In this document: positions 26,809-34,914 of the stretch, one piece after another
How the letters are laid out: every line of letters starts with the position of its first letter
Position numbering within the stretch: the first letter of the stretch is position 1
Assembly: GCA_028280575.1 (NCBI GenBank)
Contig: JANQLN010000010.1
Span: 18,933-82,932, forward strand
Reading direction: 5' to 3'
DNA from: Clostridia bacterium
GTDB taxonomy: Bacteria; Bacillota; Clostridia; Acetivibrionales; STF1-152
DNA length: 64,000 nucleotides
Translations under genes and position numbers: made by a program
Notes under the pieces: model-generated
What the model was told of the DNA's origin: nothing
Databases searched by the model: none
The model's input: only the letters and a program-made list of their open reading frames with translations

Positions 26809-29131
26809 ATTTTTGACTGCATTCCCGATATTGTCCCGGTGTTATTCCTTCAAACATCTTAAAATATCGAATGAAACCATGTTCGTTATTATATCCTACC
26901 TTTTCGGAAATTTCCCGTATCGATAAATTCGAATCCGTCAGCATTGTTTTACTCTGTTCGATTCTAATGCGGTTAATATATTTGACAAGAGTAGTCCCTT
27001 CACAGTCTTTAAACATTCTGCTGACATAGGTCCGGCTCAAATCCACTTTAGCGGCAACCATATCCAGCGCAATATCTTGGCTGTAATTACTCTGAATATA
27101 TGCTTTGATTATTTCAATATATTTGTTTTTATGACAATTGTGCTTGTTATCTAAATACCCTATAATCTTTTTACAGATATCCAATACCCATGCTTTGATA
27201 TCATCAATGGTTTCATTCTTAGCAAACCTGGTATATATATTGGTTTTACTCCCTAATACTTCCTGCATGGTCCCGCCGTATTCCAAAACAATATTTACCG
27301 CCGAGCTCAACATTCTTTTAAATATCTGCAAAACACATTCTACAGATAAACCAGGTTTTTTCTTGATTTCCAATACCAGTTCTTCAATCAGTTTTTCCAA
27401 AAGTTCATACTCTCTGCTTTCCAGCAGGTTGATAAATATTTTTTCTTTTTTAACCGGATAATAATACAGCACTTCCGTATCCATTTTTCTAATATCCTGT
27501 ATATGAATAACGGTATTGTTGCCAACGAGCAACCGATACTTTAAAGCCCTCAGGGCTCCCAGATATGAGGTTGAAACATCCATAAGATCATGACATATAT
27601 TCCCTATCCCTATTGAAACACTCATGTCAAAATTCTCAAGCACCTGCTGCTTAAACTGCTGTGCAAGTGAGACAATATCGTTTTTGTGCATGTTCACCTT
27701 CATATTGCATAAGGCTGCAATATTTTGCTCCGTATCTATCACCGTAACTAAATTCATTTTATCGGCCAATATTTTTTCTTCCATTTGCCTAATTCTATTC
27801 AAAAATACTTGTCTTTTCCCTTTATCCAGCATGACATTCCCAAATTTATCATTACAGTCCATATCCATAACCATTACAAAAATGCCACTGCCTGTCAAGG
27901 TTATTTCCAGTTCATGTATCTGTTCCATTAAATAGACTCTTGAATCTATCCTGTTTCTCAGTAAATCATTGATGATTTTCTCTTCAATAAGAGTCTTGTT
28001 TTTGTTGTAAAATCCTTTTAATTTTTCCTCGCTGACAGTCACATCATCAAAGAGAGCTGTCAAATACTTGAATTCATCTAAAATTTTCTTCTTGCCGGCA
28101 AATATGCTGGCATTTGAATCCGCTTTATTGACTTTCGTTAAAAACTTTTCAATGGGATTATAGATTTTTCGGGATACGGGATAACTGATAATAATGGCTG
28201 CAATGCTCATCATTGCAATGATAATGACCGTACTGTCCCGGATATTATTTAATACTTTAAGTTCTTCTTTCAGATCGGTTACAGCTAAATATATCCGTCC
28301 ATTGGGTGAAGACCGGATAAAGGAAACAATATTTTTATTTTTTTCTCCGTCAAAAAAATATCCCTCTTTATCCTGTGCCACCTTTTGCATGAAATGCAAG
28401 GGCATATGCTGGTCTGTTACCGGTTGATTTGAAGAGATAATTGATCCGTTTTCATACAGCATGTAGAGCTGCGTTTGCCCATTCAACACAATTTCACTTA
28501 AGCTTTCCCACAATCTCTTTTCATCTAAAACAAAAATGATATATCCCTTGCTCTTTTTTCCAAGCAGAGGTACTTTTTGCAAATACACGATGTTTCCGCC
28601 CGTACTTTCCACAAAAATAGGCTCTTTAAAACTTGTCCGTGTTAACTTTTCACCAATTTCACCTGCATGCATCTTTTGCATCCAATGATAGTCAATCACT
28701 TTTTTATCCTTTTCAAAACCGTTTTTGACAGAAAATACACCACGATTGTTAAAGCTGTAAATATAAATATCTTTTATGGCATCTTCATTATAAACAATCC
28801 AGCTCATTTCTTCACTTAATTTGTATAAAGAATAAAAAATTTCGCTGTTCTCATTGATAAAACTCAAAGTGCTTTGGTTTTTCAATAAATTGATTGCCGT
28901 ATTTTCTACATTCTTAAAAGTCTGCTCATAGGTTTTATTAATCTGTCGCAGTACTTGTATATTATGCTTTGTGATTTCATGTTCAATGCTTTTGCCGGAT
29001 AAATTATAGGAAATATATCCAAGCAAAGTCATGAGTGCAATGATAATTAGAACAAAGGATACATAAAGTTTTACAAAAGTTTTGCCAAACGGGAAATTAA
29101 ACCGCAATATAACCACCCCAAAGAATAACAT
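26807..29131 (-). CDS. Membrane-anchored one-component AraC-family regulator (TM, extracytoplasmic sensor domain, TM, cytoplasmic linker, AraC HTH)
   Basis: 774 aa. Two hydrophobic helices (VSFVLIIIALMTLLGYISY and TVIIIAMMSIAAIIISYPV) bracket a domain of about 270 aa. The C-terminus is a classic AraC double HTH (...LDMVAAKVDLSRTYVSRMFKD...LSIREISEKVGYNNEHGFIRYFKMFEGITPGQYR). There is no receiver, HisKA or HATPase motif. The ATG at 29131 lacks an SD. The TTG at 29107 has GGGGTGG 5 nt upstream and may be the true start. Confidence 0.85.
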   Translation of the reverse strand: MLFFGVVILRFNFPFGKTFVKLYVSFVLIIIALMTLLGYISYNLSGKSIEHEITKHNIQVLRQINKTYEQTFKNVENTAINLLKNQSTLSFINENSEIFYSLYKLSEEMSWIVYNEDAIKDIYIYSFNNRGVFSVKNGFEKDKKVIDYHWMQKMHAGEIGEKLTRTSFKEPIFVESTGGNIVYLQKVPLLGKKSKGYIIFVLDEKRLWESLSEIVLNGQTQLYMLYENGSIISSNQPVTDQHMPLHFMQKVAQDKEGYFFDGEKNKNIVSFIRSSPNGRIYLAVTDLKEELKVLNNIRDSTVIIIAMMSIAAIIISYPVSRKIYNPIEKFLTKVNKADSNASIFAGKKKILDEFKYLTALFDDVTVSEEKLKGFYNKNKTLIEEKIINDLLRNRIDSRVYLMEQIHELEITLTGSGIFVMVMDMDCNDKFGNVMLDKGKRQVFLNRIRQMEEKILADKMNLVTVIDTEQNIAALCNMKVNMHKNDIVSLAQQFKQQVLENFDMSVSIGIGNICHDLMDVSTSYLGALRALKYRLLVGNNTVIHIQDIRKMDTEVLYYYPVKKEKIFINLLESREYELLEKLIEELVLEIKKKPGLSVECVLQIFKRMLSSAVNIVLEYGGTMQEVLGSKTNIYTRFAKNETIDDIKAWVLDICKKIIGYLDNKHNCHKNKYIEIIKAYIQSNYSQDIALDMVAAKVDLSRTYVSRMFKDCEGTTLVKYINRIRIEQSKTMLTDSNLSIREISEKVGYNNEHGFIRYFKMFEGITPGQYRECSQK

Positions 29132-29169
29132 AGATATGCAATAACCGATATTTTACTTTTCACTACTAA

Positions 29170-29199
29170 AGTTTACCACATTAGATAATTTTCTGTCAA
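29170..29199 (-). promoter_or_regulatory. Putative promoter of the membrane AraC regulator gene
   Basis: The minus strand reads TTGACA (29199..29194), an 18-nt spacer ending in TGG (the TG sits 2 nt upstream of the hexamer, not the canonical TGn), then TAAACT (29175..29170). Confidence 0.4.
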
Positions 29200-29269
29200 C
29201 TTAAACCTGTTTTGAGTTTCCCCATTTTTTAAAATAGGTATATATTTATGAGTACAATGAACCATCGGT

Positions 29270-29310
29270 AAAAAAAACAGCAGGGTTCATTGCTAAGATA
29301 GCCCTGCTGT
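29270..29310 (-). terminator. Intrinsic terminator after the 515-aa sulfatase gene
   Basis: ACAGCAGGG (29277..29285) pairs with CCCTGCTGT (29302..29310). On the minus strand the 9-bp GC-rich stem is followed by TTTTTTTT. Confidence 0.75.
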
Positions 29311-29323
29311 TTTTCATTTCCTA

Positions 29324-30871
29324 TTACCGCCCAAATCTTCCTTTGCGGCCGTAAAATGCAAAATGCATCTGTGGTGTGCCGTTTATAAGATTGCCGTCGC
29401 ATTCCTTGATCAGTTTCTGCCTTAGTTCATCTACCTTTTCCGGATACTTTTCCGCTACGTTTTTTTCCTCACGATAGTCTTCCCGGATATTAAAAAGCTG
29501 GTATTCCACCATCTCCTGCATATCGTCAAGGAACGCACCAAGACGCTCATATCGGTATTGCTCCATATCGATTACAGCCCTTATCTTCCAGCCGTCTCTG
29601 GTGACAAGCGCAGGTCCCATGTAGCTGGCATATACAACATATTCGTGAGCTTGAAGATTATGCCAGGCACCGGTCAAAAGAGGTGCAAAGGAAATACCGT
29701 CCTTGTTCTCAGGTATTTCTATCTCCAGCAGTTCTGCTAAGGTAGGCATAAGGTCATAATTAGCAACCATGTGGTCGGTTATCCTGCCCGGCTTTATTAT
29801 GCCCGGCCAGCGCATGATATATGGAATCCTCACTCCGCCTTCCCAACTGGTGAATTTCAGCCCTGCCATCCCGTCATTACCGTCAAACACATCTCCACAG
29901 GTATTGGAATAAAATTTGGTATTAATGTTATCTATTTTCTCTCCGCTGCTCGTCATTTCACGCAGGACTCTGCCTTCCTGTCGGTATTGCAGTGCGTGTC
30001 CATTGTCTGAGCTAAAAATGACCAGAGTATTTTCACTTAGGTTGAGCCTTTCAAGCTCGTCCAGGATCAGTCCCACCGTTTTATCCAGCCTCAATATCAT
30101 GGAGGCAAATTCCTTTTCAAGATCGTTGAGAACAGGATTATCTGCAACACCCGGATGGATCTCAGGGAAAAATATGGAGCCATGGGGAAGCTGTGACGGA
30201 TGATATAAGAAAAAGGGTTTGTCCCTATGTTCCCTTATGAATTCAATGATTTTTTCATCGAACAAATCCTGTGAGTATACCTTTCTGCCTGTCATGTCAA
30301 TTTGCTCGCCCTGTTCAAAGGCACTGCGTTTGGCTCCGCAGTTCACAAAGGTATTTCCTTCAATCTCAAATTTTTTTCCGTTTTTAAACAAAAAGGTGGG
30401 ATAATAGCCATGACATCTCAAATGATCATAATAACCATAATGGTAGTCCCAGCCATGGCGTTCTACTTCGTCTCCAGTGGTTGCAAAACCCCACTCAAGC
30501 TTGCCGATCTGTCCGGTTACATAGCCGGCTTTTTGAGCAATCTGAGGGAGAAAAACATCCTCGGATCCGTCCTGTATGCCTGTATTATGGATTAATTCAT
30601 ACACTTCTTCCATTGTCAGGGCTCCTTTATCAATTTCCTTATAAATACCAGCTTTTGTAAAAGTCCATCTTCCTGCATGTGCATCATGCAGCCCGCACAG
30701 TACACTGGCTCTTGCCGGTGCACAGAAGGCACATCCGTATGCTTGGTTGAACATTATCCCTTCCCCGGATAAACGATCAATATTCGGAGTCTGAAAATGT
30801 TTTTGCCCGTAGCAGCTAAGCATTCCTCTTCCAAGATCATCGGCATAGATATATATAATATTTGGTTTCAT
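29324..30871 (-). CDS. Sulfatase (formylglycine-dependent, Cys-type, arylsulfatase A-like), no signal peptide
   Basis: 515 aa with the segment PNIIYIYADDLGRG and the signature CAPARASVLCG (C-x-P-x-R). There is no hydrophobic leader. RBS AAGGAGG. Confidence 0.88.
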   Translation of the reverse strand: MKPNIIYIYADDLGRGMLSCYGQKHFQTPNIDRLSGEGIMFNQAYGCAFCAPARASVLCGLHDAHAGRWTFTKAGIYKEIDKGALTMEEVYELIHNTGIQDGSEDVFLPQIAQKAGYVTGQIGKLEWGFATTGDEVERHGWDYHYGYYDHLRCHGYYPTFLFKNGKKFEIEGNTFVNCGAKRSAFEQGEQIDMTGRKVYSQDLFDEKIIEFIREHRDKPFFLYHPSQLPHGSIFFPEIHPGVADNPVLNDLEKEFASMILRLDKTVGLILDELERLNLSENTLVIFSSDNGHALQYRQEGRVLREMTSSGEKIDNINTKFYSNTCGDVFDGNDGMAGLKFTSWEGGVRIPYIMRWPGIIKPGRITDHMVANYDLMPTLAELLEIEIPENKDGISFAPLLTGAWHNLQAHEYVVYASYMGPALVTRDGWKIRAVIDMEQYRYERLGAFLDDMQEMVEYQLFNIREDYREEKNVAEKYPEKVDELRQKLIKECDGNLINGTPQMHFAFYGRKGRFGR

Positions 30872-31190
30872 ATTTATAACCTCCTTTTCCGGAATACAAA
30901 CGGAACTTTTGTGTCAGGAGCGTTTATATTCTCAACGCAGTAGTGCGAAAAAATATGCGATAAGATGACCATCAATTTTATGTGTTACATACCACTAGTA
31001 TAAACTATGAAAGTAATATCGCCAAGTCCTAACTTCTCCAATTCATTCCATATCCTTCACAAATTGTTGTCAAGACTCCAGCAAAAAAACTTTCAAAGCT
31101 GAGTTTTAAACCAATTAGCTAGGAAATCAGGATGACACCCAGCTGTTGATTTAATACATTTAAAATAAAATTTTTCGCTGTAGTATAATA

Positions 31191-31937
31191 TTATTTAAGA
31201 ATAATAATTTTCTTAAGGGGTGCATAAACCAAAAGTGCAATAATCATGCCTGTTGTAAACTGTAATATATTAAACGGTATATTAACTACAGGGACCACAT
31301 AGCTTCCGTAAATCACATATTCAGCGATATAGTAACCTATTGCCATCCACAGGCCTGCAGCAATAATACCCATAATAAATGTCAAATTTATATTATGTCC
31401 TTTCCTGTACATATAAGCACCCAGTCCGGCCGCAATTACAACAACCAGTAATGTTGATACCAGCAAAACCGTCTGTACGTAATTGTTAAGGCTTATAAGC
31501 TCCGGTACGCTGTTTACCGTCTCAATTTCATCTACCAGTTGAGGCGATATGGTATCTACAGCTTTATTTAATAAAGATTTTGCAGTAATTACAAATACCG
31601 TCCAAATTGCTATTACTGATGAGGAAAAATATATTTTGCTTTTTTTCTTTTTAAGAGAAAATGCTATTCCCACCAATACGGCCATCAATACTTTTATTAT
31701 AAGCGTAAACGGTGCCCACTGCATATATCCTCCCATTATATCTGCAAGCATGGAACCCAGGCCGGCCGCTGCGGCACCATACTTCCATCCAAGCAGAATT
31801 GCCGACAGGAAAACCATACAGTCTCCCAGGTGAACATACCCCCCGCTCACAATGGGCATTGGTAATTTAAGCGATGTGGCAGCTGTGACCAATGCTACCA
31901 TAATACCTGTATATGCCACCCTTCTTACATTCACCAT
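31191..31937 (-). CDS. ECF-transporter substrate-specific (S) component-like membrane protein, substrate unknown
   Basis: 248 aa and all-helical, with an N-terminal pattern typical of ECF S components (RRVAYTGIMVALVTAATSL...GGYVHLGDCMVFLSAILLGWKYGAAAAGLGSMLADIMGG). An extra hydrophobic insert of about 70 aa sits mid-protein. There are no ECF A/T genes in the window. RBS GGGGAGGGAG. Confidence 0.65.
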   Translation of the reverse strand: MVNVRRVAYTGIMVALVTAATSLKLPMPIVSGGYVHLGDCMVFLSAILLGWKYGAAAAGLGSMLADIMGGYMQWAPFTLIIKVLMAVLVGIAFSLKKKKSKIYFSSSVIAIWTVFVITAKSLLNKAVDTISPQLVDEIETVNSVPELISLNNYVQTVLLVSTLLVVVIAAGLGAYMYRKGHNINLTFIMGIIAAGLWMAIGYYIAEYVIYGSYVVPVVNIPFNILQFTTGMIIALLVYAPLKKIIILK

Positions 31938-32042
31938 ATTTTCTCCCTCCCCTATATTGATTTTGTTTCTATTATATTGTACTATAACATTAAACTGTAC
32001 ATTAAAAAAGTGTCAGTTTTATAAATTTATAAGGGGTCAGTT

Positions 32043-33401
32043 ATGCTGGAATTAATATTGAACTTCAAAAGTAGTAAAGTGAAGCCTAAATATGTAAGGC
32101 TTTACAAATATATAAGGGATGAAATTGAATCAAAAAGAATAGGGCCTAATGAAAAAATCCCTTCAATCAGGCTGGTTGCAAAGCAGCTTGGCATAAGCAG
32201 GACAACGGTGGAAAATGCATACTACCAGTTAACACTTGAGGGCTATATTTACAGCCGCAGCAAAAGTGGTTATTATGCTTGTGACATAGGAACAATACCG
32301 TCAAACAAAAATATGGATATAAAAACGGTAAATGAGGATTTTCAGGTATTTGATAAAAACACCGGAGAATATTTGGATGAGGGCTGTTTTAGCTTTGCTG
32401 CATGGAAAAAAAGCTACAACAGGGTGTTATTATACCAGAGCAAAAAACTTATTCAGCACGGCAGCCCCCAGGGTGAAATTGAGCTGAGACAGGAATTGTC
32501 AAAATATGTATACAGATCCCGGGGAGTAAAATGCACCTTTGACCAGATAATTATAGGTGCGGGAGTACAAGTATTATTAGGCATATTGTGTACCCTGCTT
32601 AAAACGCTGAACATATCCGGAATAGCTTTTGAAGACCCTGGCTTTACCGATGTCTGGCATGTATTTGAAGATTACGGCTTCAATCTCTTGCCTGTAAGTG
32701 TATCTGAAAGAGGGTTAAACGTAAAGGAGCTGGCAGAAAGCAGTGCTCAAATATGCTACGTAAGCCCGTCTCATCAATTCCCCACCGGTACTATAATGCC
32801 TGTGGGAAACAGGCTGGACCTTCTTAAATGGTCAAAAGACAATAATTCATATATAATTGAGGACGATTATGACAGTGAGCTAAGGTATTCGGGTAATCCT
32901 ATACCAAGTCTGCAAAGCCTTGACATGTATGGCAGAGTCGTATATCTTGGTTCATTTTCAACAGTATTTTTACCATCTGTCAGGATCAGTTATATGATAC
33001 TGCCCGGCATTTTGCTCAAGCAATATAAAAAATTTGGCATAAGATATAATCAGACCTCCTCAAAAATCGAACAATTGACATTGGCAAGCTATATTAATGA
33101 AGGTGAATTTGAAAGACATTTAAGGCGTATCCGCAAAAAATTTGCAGTCAAGTATGCCCTGTTGAAAAATTCAATTGAAAAACTGTGCGCACAAAGGATC
33201 AAAATACTTCCTTCAGATTCAGGTACAAATATGATTATGCTGTTAAAAGATACAAAAAATGTGTCTGCCGCAGCCAAAAGCATGTGCTCCAAAGGTCTTA
33301 CAGTTAAACATATAAGCGACAGCATGCTGCTTTTGAAATTTACAACTATTCCGGAAAAAAAAATTGCTGCAGCCGCTCAAATCATAAACGGTTGTATTTA
33401 A
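32043..33401 (+). CDS. MocR/GabR-subfamily GntR regulator (wHTH + fold-type-I aminotransferase-like domain) lacking the PLP lysine
   Basis: 452 aa with the GntR HTH KIPSIRLVAKQLGISRTTVENAYYQL and an AAT-like domain (IEDDYDSELRY...). The motif expected to read SFSK-x-L-x-P-x-x-R-I-S/G-Y reads GSFSTVFLPSVRISY, with Thr307 (codon ACA at 32961..32963) where the Schiff-base Lys sits in GabR as I recall it. Confidence 0.85.
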   Translation: MLELILNFKSSKVKPKYVRLYKYIRDEIESKRIGPNEKIPSIRLVAKQLGISRTTVENAYYQLTLEGYIYSRSKSGYYACDIGTIPSNKNMDIKTVNEDFQVFDKNTGEYLDEGCFSFAAWKKSYNRVLLYQSKKLIQHGSPQGEIELRQELSKYVYRSRGVKCTFDQIIIGAGVQVLLGILCTLLKTLNISGIAFEDPGFTDVWHVFEDYGFNLLPVSVSERGLNVKELAESSAQICYVSPSHQFPTGTIMPVGNRLDLLKWSKDNNSYIIEDDYDSELRYSGNPIPSLQSLDMYGRVVYLGSFSTVFLPSVRISYMILPGILLKQYKKFGIRYNQTSSKIEQLTLASYINEGEFERHLRRIRKKFAVKYALLKNSIEKLCAQRIKILPSDSGTNMIMLLKDTKNVSAAAKSMCSKGLTVKHISDSMLLLKFTTIPEKKIAAAAQIINGCI

Positions 33402-33423
33402 TTATTATATTTATCCTTTTAAC

Positions 33424-34092
33424 TTAACAATTCATGGGTGCCATACCCGTAAAAAGCGGCAGCCTGCCTGCTATTGCCAGCTTTAAACGTCTTTCCACTT
33501 CAAACCAGTTAACAATATTCCACCAGTTTTCCACATATTCCTTCCTTTTGTATAAATAATTCAAATAATATGCGTGTTCCCACACATCAACTACAAGAAT
33601 GGGAATTACACCCCATTGGGTAAGATCCTGGTGTTTTTCAGCCGTAAGTATTTCCAGCCGGTTCCACATAGGCTGCCAGACCATTAGTGCCCACCCGCTT
33701 GCCATTACTTTTGCTGCAGCCTGTGTAAACTGATCTTTGAAGGCTTCAAAGCTTCCGAAATAACTATTAATATATTGCATAGTCAAAGGACCGGGTTGTC
33801 CTCCGGTTCCTAAAGGAGACATAATTGTCCAGTATATACTGTGAAGAATGTCGCCCGAACCATTGTATGCAAGCTCTCTTTCAAGCTGCTGTATATTTTC
33901 AAAATCATTTTGCCTGCGGGCCTTTACAAGGGACAGTTCCGTTTTGTTAAGAGCATCAACATAATTTTTATGAAGTACATCATGGTGCACCCGTAAAGAC
34001 AGACTTCCTATTACAGGCTCCAGAGCACTATAAGGATACGGAAGGGGCGGCAGCCTGTGGGCCCCTGCCGGAACCATTTGCTTATATGCCAT
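33424..34092 (-). CDS. Fe/Mn superoxide dismutase
   Basis: 222 aa with LPPLPYPYSALEP, HHDVLHKNYV and DVWEHAYYLNY (metal ligands), plus a C-terminal tail of about 20 aa. RBS AAAGGTGA. Confidence 0.9.
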   Translation of the reverse strand: MAYKQMVPAGAHRLPPLPYPYSALEPVIGSLSLRVHHDVLHKNYVDALNKTELSLVKARRQNDFENIQQLERELAYNGSGDILHSIYWTIMSPLGTGGQPGPLTMQYINSYFGSFEAFKDQFTQAAAKVMASGWALMVWQPMWNRLEILTAEKHQDLTQWGVIPILVVDVWEHAYYLNYLYKRKEYVENWWNIVNWFEVERRLKLAIAGRLPLFTGMAPMNC

Positions 34093-34165
34093 AATATCAC
34101 CTTTTGCTACTGACGTATATATTACAACATATTAAACTATCTTTACTTTTGATACTCCGTTACCG

Positions 34166-34495
34166 TTATTCGACAAATTTTATTTTTACACCGTCACACA
34201 GCTTTCTTAACGATTTATCCCCATCCGCATATTCAGTTAAAATAAGGGTATAATTCTCAAACAGCAGGCCTTCCCAATAATGCATTACTTCCTTTTTGTC
34301 GGCTTTTACCTTCTTAACGAATTTTTTTAATTCCTTTAACTTGCTTACCTTATTAATTGCTCCTGCAAGCAGGCTTTTATAAAATCCCATATCCCCTCCC
34401 GGAAGATATACGGAACCTTCATCAATCTCTCTCAAAAGCTCATCATAATTTTTTACAGCTAAAACGTATTGATTTTCAGTATTATTTTTACCCAT
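34166..34495 (-). CDS. Hypothetical soluble protein (109 aa)
   Basis: I use the ATG at 34495 (MGKNNTENQYVLAVKNYDELL...), which has AGAGGAG upstream. The longer track ORF (to 34561) adds an implausible hydrophobic/Cys N-terminus. I recognise no family. Confidence 0.55.
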   Translation of the reverse strand: MGKNNTENQYVLAVKNYDELLREIDEGSVYLPGGDMGFYKSLLAGAINKVSKLKELKKFVKKVKADKKEVMHYWEGLLFENYTLILTEYADGDKSLRKLCDGVKIKFVE

Positions 34496-34681
34496 TACAC
34501 AGTCTCCTCTACATGTAAGTTGAATTAAATTTATAATATAATACCACAAAAAAATGAACAATTTGTTAACTTTAAAGCATACAGCAGCATACCCGCTGTA
34601 AAAGAGATGTTTAAAGACTTTGTTACTGCGGATTGTTAGTTATACGTTTTTTTAAAACAGGGAAACTCAAAAAAAATGCTA

Positions 34682-34710
34682 TTGATTTTTGTACTTTTAC
34701 ATGTTATAGT
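34682..34710 (+). promoter_or_regulatory. Putative sigma-A promoter of the purK-purE-permease operon
   Basis: TTGATT (34682..34687), a 17-nt spacer, then TATAGT (34705..34710). It lies about 205 nt upstream of purK. Confidence 0.55.
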
Positions 34711-34716
34711 AGCTGT

Positions 34717-34802
34717 GTAAGTATCGAGTGTTAATTGATTTGACAAATCAGGATGTATAGAGTTGGAAGACCGGGCGGAAGGTTAAAAACCAGGCGCAGT
34801 GT
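34717..34802 (+). promoter_or_regulatory. Structured 5' leader (candidate riboswitch aptamer or attenuator sensor), class not recognised
   Basis: It lies between the predicted promoter and a strong terminator, with no upstream + strand gene to terminate. Small hairpins: TGATT-tgaca-AATCA (34737..34751), and GCG-gaa-GGTT-aaa-AACC-agg-CGC (34775..34797). The G-rich block GACCGGGCGGAAGG is at 34769..34782. Confidence 0.5.
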
Positions 34803-34859
34803 AATCCAATATCCCGTTGGCTTATAAAAAGCCGGCGGGATATTGGATTTTTTTATTTT
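34803..34859 (+). terminator. Leader (attenuator) terminator upstream of purK
   Basis: AATCCAATATCCCGTTGGC (34803..34821) pairs with GCCGGCGGGATATTGGATT (34831..34849), giving 19 bp including 2 G-U pairs and a 9-nt loop. It is followed by TTTTTATTTT. It sits 55 nt before the purK start. Confidence 0.8.
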
Positions 34860-34914
34860 GAATGATTATTGTGTTTAGGAAAAACGGCGAAGTTTCAAAG
34901 GGGAAAAAAGAGCA

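Noticed and set aside
34717-34802. Calling the purK leader a ZTP, purine or PRPP riboswitch.
   Set aside because: None of the signature conserved blocks of those classes, as I remember them, is present. Superficial resemblances (CCGGGCGG, CCAGGCGC) are in the wrong order or orientation. I left it unclassified pending a covariance-model search.
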